A stretch of DNA of 64,000 nucleotides, taken from positions 44,537 through 108,536 of the forward strand of contig JBAZXR010000001.1 in assembly GCA_041659765.1 (NCBI GenBank), given 5' to 3'. The notes under the pieces were generated by a model, which searched no databases, was not told the DNA's origin, and saw only the letters and a program-made list of their open reading frames with translations. Shown piece by piece: positions 18,773-27,871 of the stretch. The translations under genes and the position numbers were made by a program. This DNA is from Patescibacteria group bacterium (GTDB lineage Bacteria; Patescibacteriota; Patescibacteriia; UBA9934). How positions within the stretch are numbered: the stretch's first letter is position 1; every line of letters starts with the position of its first letter.

Positions 18773-19612
18773 TTAAAAAGTTCCAGTTACCACGTAATAT
18801 AAGGTAGTGGAGTAGGCTCCGGATTCAGTTAGGCTGGTGATGTTGGCTAGGTATCTGGCTGAGTAGGTAGTAGTTACGTCGTCGCCGGAAGTAGCGCCAG
18901 CTACTTGGACGGCGGTTGAATCAGTGGCGTTATAAGCAAAACCGGAGGCCGCGTAGGGAGAGGTAACCGTGCCAACTCCGCCAGCAGCAGTCAGACGGAG
19001 ACCGAATTGTTCGGTGCCGGCAGTCGGGACGGTGTTGGTTCCACCAATAGCGGTGATAGTACCGCCGGCGGCGGTCAGGGTTGCGCCCCGGACGGTTAGC
19101 GCATATCCATTATAGGCGGTGGTGCTGATAGCTAGCGTGTGAGCTTCGACTTCTGTAGTTGAGCCGTTGGTGTCGCCGGTAGCATAGGTCGATTGGCTAG
19201 TTGAAAGAGAGCCAAAACCGATTGAGTTATCGCTGACGCTAAAGGTTAGGGTTTGCGGGGGCAGAGCCGTCGCACAAATTTTTACGGAGTAAGCATTGCC
19301 ATCACCAATATGACTGTTAGTTGTGGCCGTCATCGAACCGATTGTTGTATCGAAACCGGAGCAGTTAGTTGCTTGATAGCCGACTGAAACTGTACCACCA
19401 GCCGCGACCGACAGGCAGGCGTCATTGCCTGAGTAGTTTGCTTCCGTGTTTTGCTCAATATGAGCGTTGGTCGCGCCTGAAAGTTTTACTACGGTCGCAT
19501 TTACACCGGTAACACAGCTGGTCCCAAGCCCGACAACATTCGAACAACAAACCATATAGGTATAGTTTGCTTGACTGGGTATCTCGGCATGGTTGCCATT
19601 TGGATCATACAT
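18773..19612 (-). CDS. Secreted Thr/Ala/Gly-rich surface protein (paralog B); N-terminus possibly extends upstream without a canonical start
   Basis: 279 aa from the first ATG. The in-frame upstream 46 codons encode a textbook signal peptide (THRLSPTVFLLLASLGLLFGAPIARAG) but contain no ATG/GTG/TTG. Confidence 0.5.
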   Translation of the reverse strand: MYDPNGNHAEIPSQANYTYMVCCSNVVGLGTSCVTGVNATVVKLSGATNAHIEQNTEANYSGNDACLSVAAGGTVSVGYQATNCSGFDTTIGSMTATTNSHIGDGNAYSVKICATALPPQTLTFSVSDNSIGFGSLSTSQSTYATGDTNGSTTEVEAHTLAISTTAYNGYALTVRGATLTAAGGTITAIGGTNTVPTAGTEQFGLRLTAAGGVGTVTSPYAASGFAYNATDSTAVQVAGATSGDDVTTTYSARYLANITSLTESGAYSTTLYYVVTGTF

Positions 19613-19753
19613 TCGTAAAAGAACTGTTCCCGTTGGACAAGATGTAGTGACCGTGCAGGATAACGTGCCTGCGCGAGCGATAGGTGCACCAAAAAGTAGG
19701 CCGAGCGAGGCCAGGAGAAGAAAAACGGTGGGAGATAGACGGTGGGTTATAGA

Positions 19754-20179
19754 TTAGGGGGAAATAGGAGGGGCGGCCGGTGCGGGCATTGGTTCTGGTG
19801 TCGGAGCTGGAGCTGGAGACGTTTCTGCTTGGGGCTCTTGGACTAAGCTTACGACAGAAATTTCAACCACTTTATTGGTTGAGGGTCGGTAGAGAATAGC
19901 TTTTTTCTCTTCTGGATAGACCAGAATCATGTCGCCTTTGAGTGCGGTGGGAAAAAGACCTTGTTTTTTCAGAATTTCTGGGTCTTCAACAGTGGCGATT
20001 GTTGGTACGACTCCTTGTGGTAATTCGACCAAATTGCCTACGGCGGCGAGAGTTTCAGCCATGATATCCTGCGTCGGGATAATTTGGGGCACTGACATTA
20101 GCCTTAGGCCAAGGTAAATGTTGCCGGCAGTTGAGAAAAGTGAGTAGACGATGAGGGCAATTACCGCGAGTATTTTCAT
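19754..20179 (-). CDS. Membrane-anchored protein with Pro-rich C-terminus (hypothetical)
   Basis: ATG (MKILAVIALIVYSLF) preceded by AAGGAGG at -10; C-terminal PAPAPTPEPMPAPAAPP. Confidence 0.5.
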   Translation of the reverse strand: MKILAVIALIVYSLFSTAGNIYLGLRLMSVPQIIPTQDIMAETLAAVGNLVELPQGVVPTIATVEDPEILKKQGLFPTALKGDMILVYPEEKKAILYRPSTNKVVEISVVSLVQEPQAETSPAPAPTPEPMPAPAAPPISP

Positions 20180-20249
20180 AACAAGACCGCCTCCTTTGTC
20201 ATTATTAGTATGACTAAATCTTACCATGCGATGTAAAAACAAAGGAAGT

Positions 20250-23200
20250 TTAAGGAGTCGTAGTTGTGGTTATAGTTGGATCCGTGACAGGTGCCGGCGC
20301 TGGTTCGGTGACTGGTGCTGGATCGGTAGTGGTTGTGGTTGGAGCTGTATCGGTGACGATGGTTGTTGTGTCGAGCGGTGTCGTGATGATGGTGGTATCT
20401 GTTGTTGTGGTTGCTAGAGGATCAACAGCGGTAACGGTCGTGTCGATTGGAACCGTGGTGGTATCCGTGATTGGGGCGATTGAAGCTGTTGTATCGATTG
20501 GGGCGGTAGTAGTGTCAGTTGTCACCGTTTCTACGGGAGCAGGGGTAGGAGCGGGAGCGGGAACAGGGGCAGGAGCAGGAGCAATGGTGGTAGCTGCCGT
20601 GCTCGATTCATCTGTGCGTGCATCAGTGATGGCTAAGGCAACCCAGTTGAACGTGAGATCAGCTGTAGCCGGTGCGTTTAACATGATGGTAAAGCCAGTC
20701 ACATCTTTTCGGCTGACGACTGACTGAATACCGCTACTGAAGTAATTCGCTTCATCAAGCGAGGCAGCTATTTCATCTGGGATCTTCTCAAACGTGACGG
20801 AAGCTTGAACTACCGGGACGACATCATATGGTTTGTCAAAAGTAACCCGAACAAAGGTATCGCCGGAACGAATGACTGCAAAACCACCTGTGTCCTTATT
20901 AAAGTAAGGGCGGCCGATGATGCTCAGGTCACTCAAGATGCTGAGTCGGGCGCCGATTGAGCTGATCGAGTCTACTTGCAAACCACCGGTGAGAGTAGCA
21001 GTTCCGGTCACGTTTAACGTGCCAGGTAAATTAAGGCTAGTTATGGCTAGGCTATTTGATTCCAACGCAATTAAACGGCTCTGAATGTCAGCGATAGCTA
21101 AATTATTGGCTAAAACGCTTGTTTCCATGATGGTTAGGCGTGAATTAAGCCCGTCGAGGCCGGCCGAGAGAGCGTTGGTGACGGTCAGTTCTGCAGCTGT
21201 TTGAGCGGCGAGAGCGGCGGTGATTGTGGTGTTAGCCGTCTCGATCGCGATTGCCAGTTCTTCAGCTGTTACGTAGGCCGGGACGGTTGTAGTTGCCGTT
21301 GCTGGCGCTGTTGAGCCGTTAGTGATCACTGGGTCAGTTGCGCCAGCCACGAGTGGCGCTTCTGGAGCGTAGGAGTTATTTACGAAAGTGAGGACCGTAC
21401 CTAGGCCTTCGCCGGAGAAACCTGATAATGCTTGACCGATGACTCGTCCCTGAAGTGTGGAACGCATGGCGACGCCGGGGGTTGAGGATGCGGTGAGCAG
21501 ATCGCCTGGTTCAATGGGTCCATTTTCGCCCGTCACCTTAACTGGCACACGACCGGAAAGAGCTACCGGCAGAGCGGTGACGCCTTCATCGTCTACACCG
21601 CCCATGACTACGCCTGGACGAGTAGCAATAATTCCGAGCGTGTCGCGCTGATAGGCTGACGTTGTTTTCTTGACGCCTGCTTTGAGCGAGCCATCAAAAG
21701 CGACCACATCACCGGCTTCGATAGTCGAGTCTTTGGTGGTGTAGAATTCGGCCAAGTCAGCTCCAGAATCAATAACTGTAGCGACGGCCATCCCGCCAGC
21801 GGAGGCTCCGGATGCGGTGGATGAATAGGCGCAGAGCGCGTAGGTTTGAACGGCTGCACCGGCATTGGCCACCAGCGCGGCGGCGAAAATTGATGGACCG
21901 TTGGCATTGTTTGCGCTGGTGAGCGCGGCCGTACCGGAGTCAAGGAGCGTACCCGCGTTACACGAGCTGCCAGTTCTGATTTCGGCCGTGACTGTTTGGT
22001 CGGTGTTGCTGAGACTCTTGGTCCATAGATCGAGCGTGACGTAGACGTCGCCAGAAGGCGTGGACGGGGTAATGCTGACGGTGCTAATAAGATTAGCGGT
22101 GGCGCTCGTGGTTCCCGAGAGAGTTGTTTCTGTGAGTGAAGACTTACCGAGTTGCGTATCACCACCCAAACAATTTCTCCAAGCACCATTTTCATAGCAG
22201 CGATACTTATTCATGCTGGCGTTGTAGTACATGGCTCCATTTACGCCGGTGGGATCGCCCGCATCTGTTTTTGTATCAAGAACCAGGAGCGTGCCGGTAG
22301 TATCCGAATTACCGACGGCAACTTTCCCAGTGCCGTTGGGTTTTAACGCCAGGTCTCCATTGCTGCCCGTGGTGACATCAACGGCTCCAGCGCCAGTGTA
22401 AGCTTGGCCATTGCCAATCGTGACGCCGCTTGTGCCGGTTAATAATCCGGCCGAGGTAATAGTTCCAGAGCCGGAGGTTGAAATGTTCGAACTCGTAGTG
22501 ATGTCGCTCGCGGTTGAAATTAGACCGAAGCCGGAGGCGATCGAACCACCCGTTAGTGTGCCAACCGCGGTTAGGCTCGAAGTAATGATTGATCCTGCTA
22601 ATGTTGTGCCGCTCAAATCTCCAGCGGCATTGACTGTGATCGATGCATCCGGGAAGGTGATTGTGCGGTCAGCTGTTGGGTTAGTTATGGCTATGAAGGT
22701 TTCTGAGGTGTCATCAATCGAGCCTTCGAATATCAGTCCAGACATACCAAAGATACCGGCGTTAGCGGCTAGAGCAGGATCGCCAGATAAGGTTTGGGAA
22801 TAATCTAATCCCATGAGTACATCAGAGCCTGAAGGGGTGCTGATGAGTCCGGTTAATGGCGAAGTCGTGACAGACCGAACATATGTGCCGGTTGCGCTAC
22901 TGGTATCCTGACCGACGAACACTCTGATAACTCCTTGGCCACTTGCCCATGAATCAAGCGCCTGACCAATGATTACTCCGCCGCTGGTTGCTTTCATGGC
23001 GAGACCCGGGGTAGAGGAGGGGGAGAGGAGATCGCCAACTGCAACCGGTCCATTTTCATCAGTGATTTTTACCGGCACGCGACCTTTGAGGGCCACATAT
23101 CGTCCATTGGTTGTGTCGCCAGCGCCGGTCGCCTCCGCTATACCGGTGAGTGCTAAACCGGGGTTGTCAGAAATAACCCCGATAGTCAGTGGGTCAGTTG

Positions 23201-26200
23201 GTGACGCCGTTTTTTCAACAAAGAGATTGCCGCTGGCAGAGAGCGCTACTACATCGCCAGCTTGCAGGTTGTCGGCCGGATTCGTGCTGTACATTTCGGC
23301 CAAGTCAGTAGAGGCGGCGGTAAAAGCTTGGGCGAACATAGTTAGCTGAGTCGTGCCGTTGGCTACACAGGCCAGACGACCAATCTGTGTTCCGCCATTG
23401 TTTTGGAAGATGATTCCTTCGGCTTGCGCGGTAGCGCAGGTGCCTTGGCCGGCACTATTAGTAGGCACTCTGATGATTCCAGTATTTCCGGCAGTCCCTG
23501 ATGCTATCTGAATAATACTTCCGGTTGAGGTGATATCAATGGCATGGCCAGTTCCAACATTAATATCAATCGCGGCTCCAGAAGTGAGCGCCGTACCGTG
23601 GATTACCAAGAGGTTGCCGGTGGTAGCGCTGTCTGCTGTCAGGTTAATAAGACCTGCGGTAACGGCTGTAGGCGCATAAACTCCGGTTGTTTGGATAAGC
23701 AATCCGTTGCCGGTGGTCGCGGCTCCCATTTCAATGTCTACCACTCTTCCGGTAGACGCCAAGCTGGCGCCACTACCCGTTAGGAGCATCCCTGCACCTG
23801 AAGTGATAGCGCTGGCAGTTATTGAGTGAGCAGTGGTTGTGGTGCCGGCAAAAGCTTGAGTTACGGCGCCAGTGCTGGCAATTTGATAAAGATCGCCGTT
23901 GCCAACAGTGAAGAGCGAAGCTGGCGTGGTATCGCCGATTCCAATATTCCCCGCGCCAAGAATAGTAAGCCTCGGAGTTCCAAAGCTTCCGGTATACAAC
24001 TGAAGACTTGTTGCGGCTGGAGTTCCTATGAGACCTGTGCCGGTGTTATCAACGGCCAGTTCGATTCCTGGGGTTACAGAGCTGTAAGTGTCATTAAACA
24101 GACCCATGAGGTACGGATTAAAATCGTCCTGATGGAACCCCGCTACGTAGCCGTTTGTGGCCACCGTTCCTCCGTCTATAACGGTGAATCGGTGCGCGGG
24201 TGCGGCGGAGCCAACACCAACAAATCCAGTGGATGTGTCTGCGTATAGTTGATTTGTGTTTACTGCAAAATCACCCGTTGTTGAGAGTACGATGTTCAGA
24301 TTTGAGCCAGCGGCTGGAGTTACCGTCAGGGCTCCGCTGCCGGTTGTAAGGTCACCGCCATTGACGGTGAGATCACCGGTGGCGGTGACATTGCCAGCGT
24401 TCGTAATTATCAGTTGGTCAGTCCCAGCACTATTTTCAAAGACCGCCAGATTTGAAGTCTGCGTAGCATTACCTTGAACAAGCAATTGGATTTCATCCGT
24501 ATCACCATCTATAGAAAACTTGCCAAGCGAAGCGCCGCCAATGCCCACGTTGTCTGTACTTGTCACGAGTGTCACATCTGTTCCACCATCTGTCCAACCA
24601 GCTGCCCCGGTGACGTCAGAGGTGAGGGCAATAGTGCCGGTTGCATCTGGCAATGTCCAAGTACGGCCTGCGGTTAAATCTGCAGAAGTTATAGATCCAG
24701 TAAAACTTGCTGCTGCGCCCGCCGACTGAGGGGTGATCGCTAAAATATCACTGCCAGCTGTAGACGAGCCGAACGTGGCGCTGCTCGTGGTGGTGAGCGT
24801 AGTAGCAACGGTTGAGCCAGCTAGGTTTAGAGTGTCTCCAGACAGACCAAGAGTAATAGTTCTAGCTCCTACTCCTCCAAGGCCATCGCCAGTGGCAGCT
24901 AATGAAAAACCCGTATTTCCGTCAATTTGGAAATTGAGAGTATGTGAGGCCGCGTCAGCTCCGGTTACGCTGATGTTGGTATTGAGGGTTGATTGGTTAG
25001 CGGCAGTGGTAATGGAGGCTAGAGCAACGATGGCACCGGAGGAATCCACTTGAAATAGATCTCCGCTACCAACGGTGAATAGGGAAGCTGGAGTGGTATC
25101 GCCAATACCTATGTTGCCGCCTACTGCAATTCTGATTGCTTCCGCGTTATTTTGGCCAAATATAACCGGATGACTGTCGAGGGTTCCCACCAGTAGCGAA
25201 GTAGTCCCGTTATACCCGAGCACAACCGCCGCGCCTCCGCGGGGGGCTCCAAACATTACTCCGGCTTGGGTATCACCGTAAGCAATTAAAGCCAGTTGTT
25301 TGTTGGAATTGTTCGTCACGCCGAGATACATGTAGTCAGCGGTATTTCCATTTTTAAAAGTTAGAACGTCACCACCGGCTTTGGTTGAGTAAACGTCAAG
25401 CACAGAGGCGGGAGTAGCGGTTCCAATACCCACGTTTCCACTAAAAATTGCCGCATAGTTATTTGTTGCTCCCGAGGCTGTTGCATAGAGGCCGACGTTC
25501 GTTGTGGACGCGCCAGTTTTGGAAAAATAACCAGCGTATCCAGTGCCTGTAATGGCGCCGGAGTGTGACACGTCAAGGCCTTTGGTTGAGGCGGTAGTTG
25601 ATGTTGATGTTATGGAGAAAGCATTGCCTGTTCCAGCATATGACTGGGTTACGGCCCCGGTTCCAGCAATAGCGAAGAGATCAGTTCCCGCACTATTTTC
25701 AAAGACCGCCAGATTTGAAGTCTGTGTAGCATTACCCTGAACAAGCAATTGGATTTCATCTGTATCACCATCTATAGAAAACTTACCAAGCGAAACGCCG
25801 CCAATGCCCACGTTGTCTGTGCTTGTCACGAGCGTCACATCCGTTCCGCCATCCGTCCAGCCAGCCGCCCCAGTGATGTCAGAGGTGAGGGCGATAGTGC
25901 CGGTTGCATCTGGCAATGTCCAAGTACGGCCTGCGGTTAAATCTGCAGAAGTTATAGATCCAGTAAAACTTGCCGCTGCGCCCGCCGACTGAGGGGTGAT
26001 CGCTAAAATATCACTGCCAGCTGTAGACGAGCCGAACGTGGCGCTGCTCGTGGTGGTGAGAGTGACGGCGAGCGTCGTAGCTGCGAGGTTGATGGTATCA
26101 AGCGAGTCGCCAATCGATACGGTGTCGGCATCAGTGTTAGTGGCGAGTGAGAGGGTGTCGCAGGTGGCCGTGTTACAGACGGTCATGGCTGCATTGGTTC

Positions 26201-26444
26201 CGCCAAAGTCAGTGGTAAGCGAGGTAAGAATAGTGGCATCTGCGTCAGGAACGGTAAAGGTTCGGAGGAGTGTGGGTCCGGTGATGGCAAATATTCCGTC
26301 CCCAACGCCGGTCCAAGGATGGCCAGGATTTGGGGTTGTGGCGCGCGCAATTAAAAGACCGGAAAAAGAAAGTCCGATAAGCAAACATGTGCTCCAGAGC
26401 AACCGGAAGGTTTTATTACGAAAACTCATGTTTTTTGCAGGCAA
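20250..26444 (-). CDS. Giant secreted surface protein/adhesin (2064 aa) with internal tandem repeats and Thr/Pro-rich C-terminal stalk
   Basis: N-terminal signal peptide. Thr/Gly/Ala-rich beta-repeat composition. Two near-identical ~130-aa repeats. Two copies of a DLAE[MF]Y..GDVV...GRVPVK[IV]T.ENGP...GDLL..S.TPG.AM module. C-terminal TTTP/PAPAP low-complexity region. Start ambiguous (TTG at 26444 or ATG at 26429). Confidence 0.8.
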   Translation of the reverse strand: MPAKNMSFRNKTFRLLWSTCLLIGLSFSGLLIARATTPNPGHPWTGVGDGIFAITGPTLLRTFTVPDADATILTSLTTDFGGTNAAMTVCNTATCDTLSLATNTDADTVSIGDSLDTINLAATTLAVTLTTTSSATFGSSTAGSDILAITPQSAGAAASFTGSITSADLTAGRTWTLPDATGTIALTSDITGAAGWTDGGTDVTLVTSTDNVGIGGVSLGKFSIDGDTDEIQLLVQGNATQTSNLAVFENSAGTDLFAIAGTGAVTQSYAGTGNAFSITSTSTTASTKGLDVSHSGAITGTGYAGYFSKTGASTTNVGLYATASGATNNYAAIFSGNVGIGTATPASVLDVYSTKAGGDVLTFKNGNTADYMYLGVTNNSNKQLALIAYGDTQAGVMFGAPRGGAAVVLGYNGTTSLLVGTLDSHPVIFGQNNAEAIRIAVGGNIGIGDTTPASLFTVGSGDLFQVDSSGAIVALASITTAANQSTLNTNISVTGADAASHTLNFQIDGNTGFSLAATGDGLGGVGARTITLGLSGDTLNLAGSTVATTLTTTSSATFGSSTAGSDILAITPQSAGAAASFTGSITSADLTAGRTWTLPDATGTIALTSDVTGAAGWTDGGTDVTLVTSTDNVGIGGASLGKFSIDGDTDEIQLLVQGNATQTSNLAVFENSAGTDQLIITNAGNVTATGDLTVNGGDLTTGSGALTVTPAAGSNLNIVLSTTGDFAVNTNQLYADTSTGFVGVGSAAPAHRFTVIDGGTVATNGYVAGFHQDDFNPYLMGLFNDTYSSVTPGIELAVDNTGTGLIGTPAATSLQLYTGSFGTPRLTILGAGNIGIGDTTPASLFTVGNGDLYQIASTGAVTQAFAGTTTTAHSITASAITSGAGMLLTGSGASLASTGRVVDIEMGAATTGNGLLIQTTGVYAPTAVTAGLINLTADSATTGNLLVIHGTALTSGAAIDINVGTGHAIDITSTGSIIQIASGTAGNTGIIRVPTNSAGQGTCATAQAEGIIFQNNGGTQIGRLACVANGTTQLTMFAQAFTAASTDLAEMYSTNPADNLQAGDVVALSASGNLFVEKTASPTDPLTIGVISDNPGLALTGIAEATGAGDTTNGRYVALKGRVPVKITDENGPVAVGDLLSPSSTPGLAMKATSGGVIIGQALDSWASGQGVIRVFVGQDTSSATGTYVRSVTTSPLTGLISTPSGSDVLMGLDYSQTLSGDPALAANAGIFGMSGLIFEGSIDDTSETFIAITNPTADRTITFPDASITVNAAGDLSGTTLAGSIITSSLTAVGTLTGGSIASGFGLISTASDITTSSNISTSGSGTITSAGLLTGTSGVTIGNGQAYTGAGAVDVTTGSNGDLALKPNGTGKVAVGNSDTTGTLLVLDTKTDAGDPTGVNGAMYYNASMNKYRCYENGAWRNCLGGDTQLGKSSLTETTLSGTTSATANLISTVSITPSTPSGDVYVTLDLWTKSLSNTDQTVTAEIRTGSSCNAGTLLDSGTAALTSANNANGPSIFAAALVANAGAAVQTYALCAYSSTASGASAGGMAVATVIDSGADLAEFYTTKDSTIEAGDVVAFDGSLKAGVKKTTSAYQRDTLGIIATRPGVVMGGVDDEGVTALPVALSGRVPVKVTGENGPIEPGDLLTASSTPGVAMRSTLQGRVIGQALSGFSGEGLGTVLTFVNNSYAPEAPLVAGATDPVITNGSTAPATATTTVPAYVTAEELAIAIETANTTITAALAAQTAAELTVTNALSAGLDGLNSRLTIMETSVLANNLAIADIQSRLIALESNSLAITSLNLPGTLNVTGTATLTGGLQVDSISSIGARLSILSDLSIIGRPYFNKDTGGFAVIRSGDTFVRVTFDKPYDVVPVVQASVTFEKIPDEIAASLDEANYFSSGIQSVVSRKDVTGFTIMLNAPATADLTFNWVALAITDARTDESSTAATTIAPAPAPVPAPAPTPAPVETVTTDTTTAPIDTTASIAPITDTTTVPIDTTVTAVDPLATTTTDTTIITTPLDTTTIVTDTAPTTTTTDPAPVTEPAPAPVTDPTITTTTTP
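24410..24800. repeat. Intragenic direct repeat copy 2 (~390 bp) within the giant surface gene
   Basis: The same plus-strand ORF fragments occur at a 1263-bp offset (e.g. VPALFSKTARFEVCVALP, MIAKISLPAVDEPNVALLVVV). Protein repeats differ by only a few substitutions. Confidence 0.75.
25673..26063. repeat. Intragenic direct repeat copy 1 (~390 bp) within the giant surface gene
   Basis: Near-identical to 24410-24800; the period of 1263 bp equals 421 codons. Confidence 0.75.
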
Positions 26445-26523
26445 AATTTTGCCTCTCTATATTATATATTGGGCTAGGTTAATTTTATTGGTTTATCCCC
26501 TTGATTTTTGGGTATCTTTCTAA

Positions 26524-27780
26524 TTATTTGAGGTATTTTTTGCCTTGGAGTTTTACGGGTAAAAATTCCTGCTTTGCATCTTCTTTGTTTTTAAAAGCGG
26601 GAGTGTATTTATAGTCTTTGCCGTAGCCAAGATTTTTCATGAGCTTGGTGGGTGCATTTCGGATGTGAAGCGGCACTGGCTCATTCGGGAGATCGCGAAT
26701 ATCTTGTTGAACGGCTCCGTATGCTTCATACAGGGCGTTTGATTTTGGTGCTTTGGCTAGATAGGCAACACATTGTGCGAGGACTACATTGCATTCCGGC
26801 AACCCAAGCAGATGGGACGCTTGATATGCTGCAACGGCTTGGACGAGCGCAGCCGGATCTGCGAGACCGACATCTTCCGCAGCGAACCGAACGAGCCGAC
26901 GAGCCACGTAGAGCGGATCTTCTCCAGCTTCGAGCATTCGGCCCAGCCAGTAGAGGGCGGCATCCGCATCGTTTCCGCGCATGGATTTATGGAGCGCAGA
27001 AATGATGTTGTAGTGCTCCTCCCCGGTGCGGTCGTAGAGCAAATGCGTCTTCTGGAGAGCCTCTGACAGCACATCCTTCGTGATGTGTATGGCGTTATCC
27101 ACAAGAGGGGATATTTTGGCGGCAATCTCCAATGTATTCAGGGCGTTCCGAGCATCTCCGTTTGCTAAAAGTGCCAGCGCTTGAACAGCCTCGTCATCCA
27201 TGGCGATGGGCTCATTCCCGAGTCCTGACTCCTTGTCTGTGATGGCTCGACGGATTACTGCAGAGAGTTCTTTTTCCCCTAAACGTTCGAGCACCACAAC
27301 GCGGGCACGCGAGAGAAGCGCGGAGTTCACCTCGAAAGACGGATTTTCCGTGGTGGCGCCGATGAGCGTGATAATTCCTTTTTCGACCGCGGGCAAAAAT
27401 GCATCCTGTTGCGATTTATTGAAGCGATGGATTTCGTCGACGAAGAGAATGGTCCGTTCGCCATAAAACTTTCGGCGTTCTTCTGCGTCTTTGAGAATAT
27501 CTCGTACATCTTTCACCCCGCCAGAGACTGCGCTTAACGGAAGAAAACGCGCTTTTGTCATTTTTGCAATGATCTGGGCGAGTGTAGTTTTTCCTACTCC
27601 CGGCGGTCCCCAAAAAATAAGCGAGGGGAGATTGTCTCGCTCAATCATGGTGCGCAAATATTTTCCTTCGCCAATAATCGCCATCTGACCTTCAAAGTCT
27701 TCAAGCGTCTGCGGACGCATGCGTTCCGCAAGGGGAGTACTCGGGAGTTTGGTTTTGAGCTGCACGTCAAAGAGATCCAT
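26524..27780 (-). CDS. rarA: Replication-associated recombination protein A (AAA+ ATPase)
   Basis: 418 aa; Walker [19 protein letters not shown]-terminal MgsA domain. Confidence 0.9.
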   Translation of the reverse strand: MDLFDVQLKTKLPSTPLAERMRPQTLEDFEGQMAIIGEGKYLRTMIERDNLPSLIFWGPPGVGKTTLAQIIAKMTKARFLPLSAVSGGVKDVRDILKDAEERRKFYGERTILFVDEIHRFNKSQQDAFLPAVEKGIITLIGATTENPSFEVNSALLSRARVVVLERLGEKELSAVIRRAITDKESGLGNEPIAMDDEAVQALALLANGDARNALNTLEIAAKISPLVDNAIHITKDVLSEALQKTHLLYDRTGEEHYNIISALHKSMRGNDADAALYWLGRMLEAGEDPLYVARRLVRFAAEDVGLADPAALVQAVAAYQASHLLGLPECNVVLAQCVAYLAKAPKSNALYEAYGAVQQDIRDLPNEPVPLHIRNAPTKLMKNLGYGKDYKYTPAFKNKEDAKQEFLPVKLQGKKYLK

Positions 27781-27871
27781 ATGGAGCTAGTGTACGGCAT
27801 CTGTTCGGCTGCGCAAAGAAGCGTGGAGAACTCGGCGAATGTTCGCATAACATTGGTATACTGAAGTAAAT

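Noticed and set aside
17523-19612. WxL-domain assignment for the two Thr-rich paralogs (suggested by the DUF916-like neighbour)
   Set aside because: WxL domains have two conserved Trp-x-Leu motifs. The C-terminal regions here contain no Trp at all, so they were left as unclassified secreted beta-rich proteins.
24410-26063. Tandem repeats checked as possible CRISPR array
   Set aside because: Only two copies, 390 bp long, in-frame coding sequence of a surface protein, separated by 873 bp of coding DNA. There is no short repeat-spacer periodicity and no cas genes.
20266-26523. Numerous plus-strand ORFs inside the giant adhesin gene (e.g. 20266-20727, 22411-22803, 24256-24477, 25996-26523)
   Set aside because: They are antisense to a 2064-aa ORF with clear signal peptide and domain repeats. 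Their translations are low-complexity (V/G/A/S-rich) mirror images of the Thr/Ala/Gly codon bias. Their duplication pattern merely reflects the intragenic repeat.
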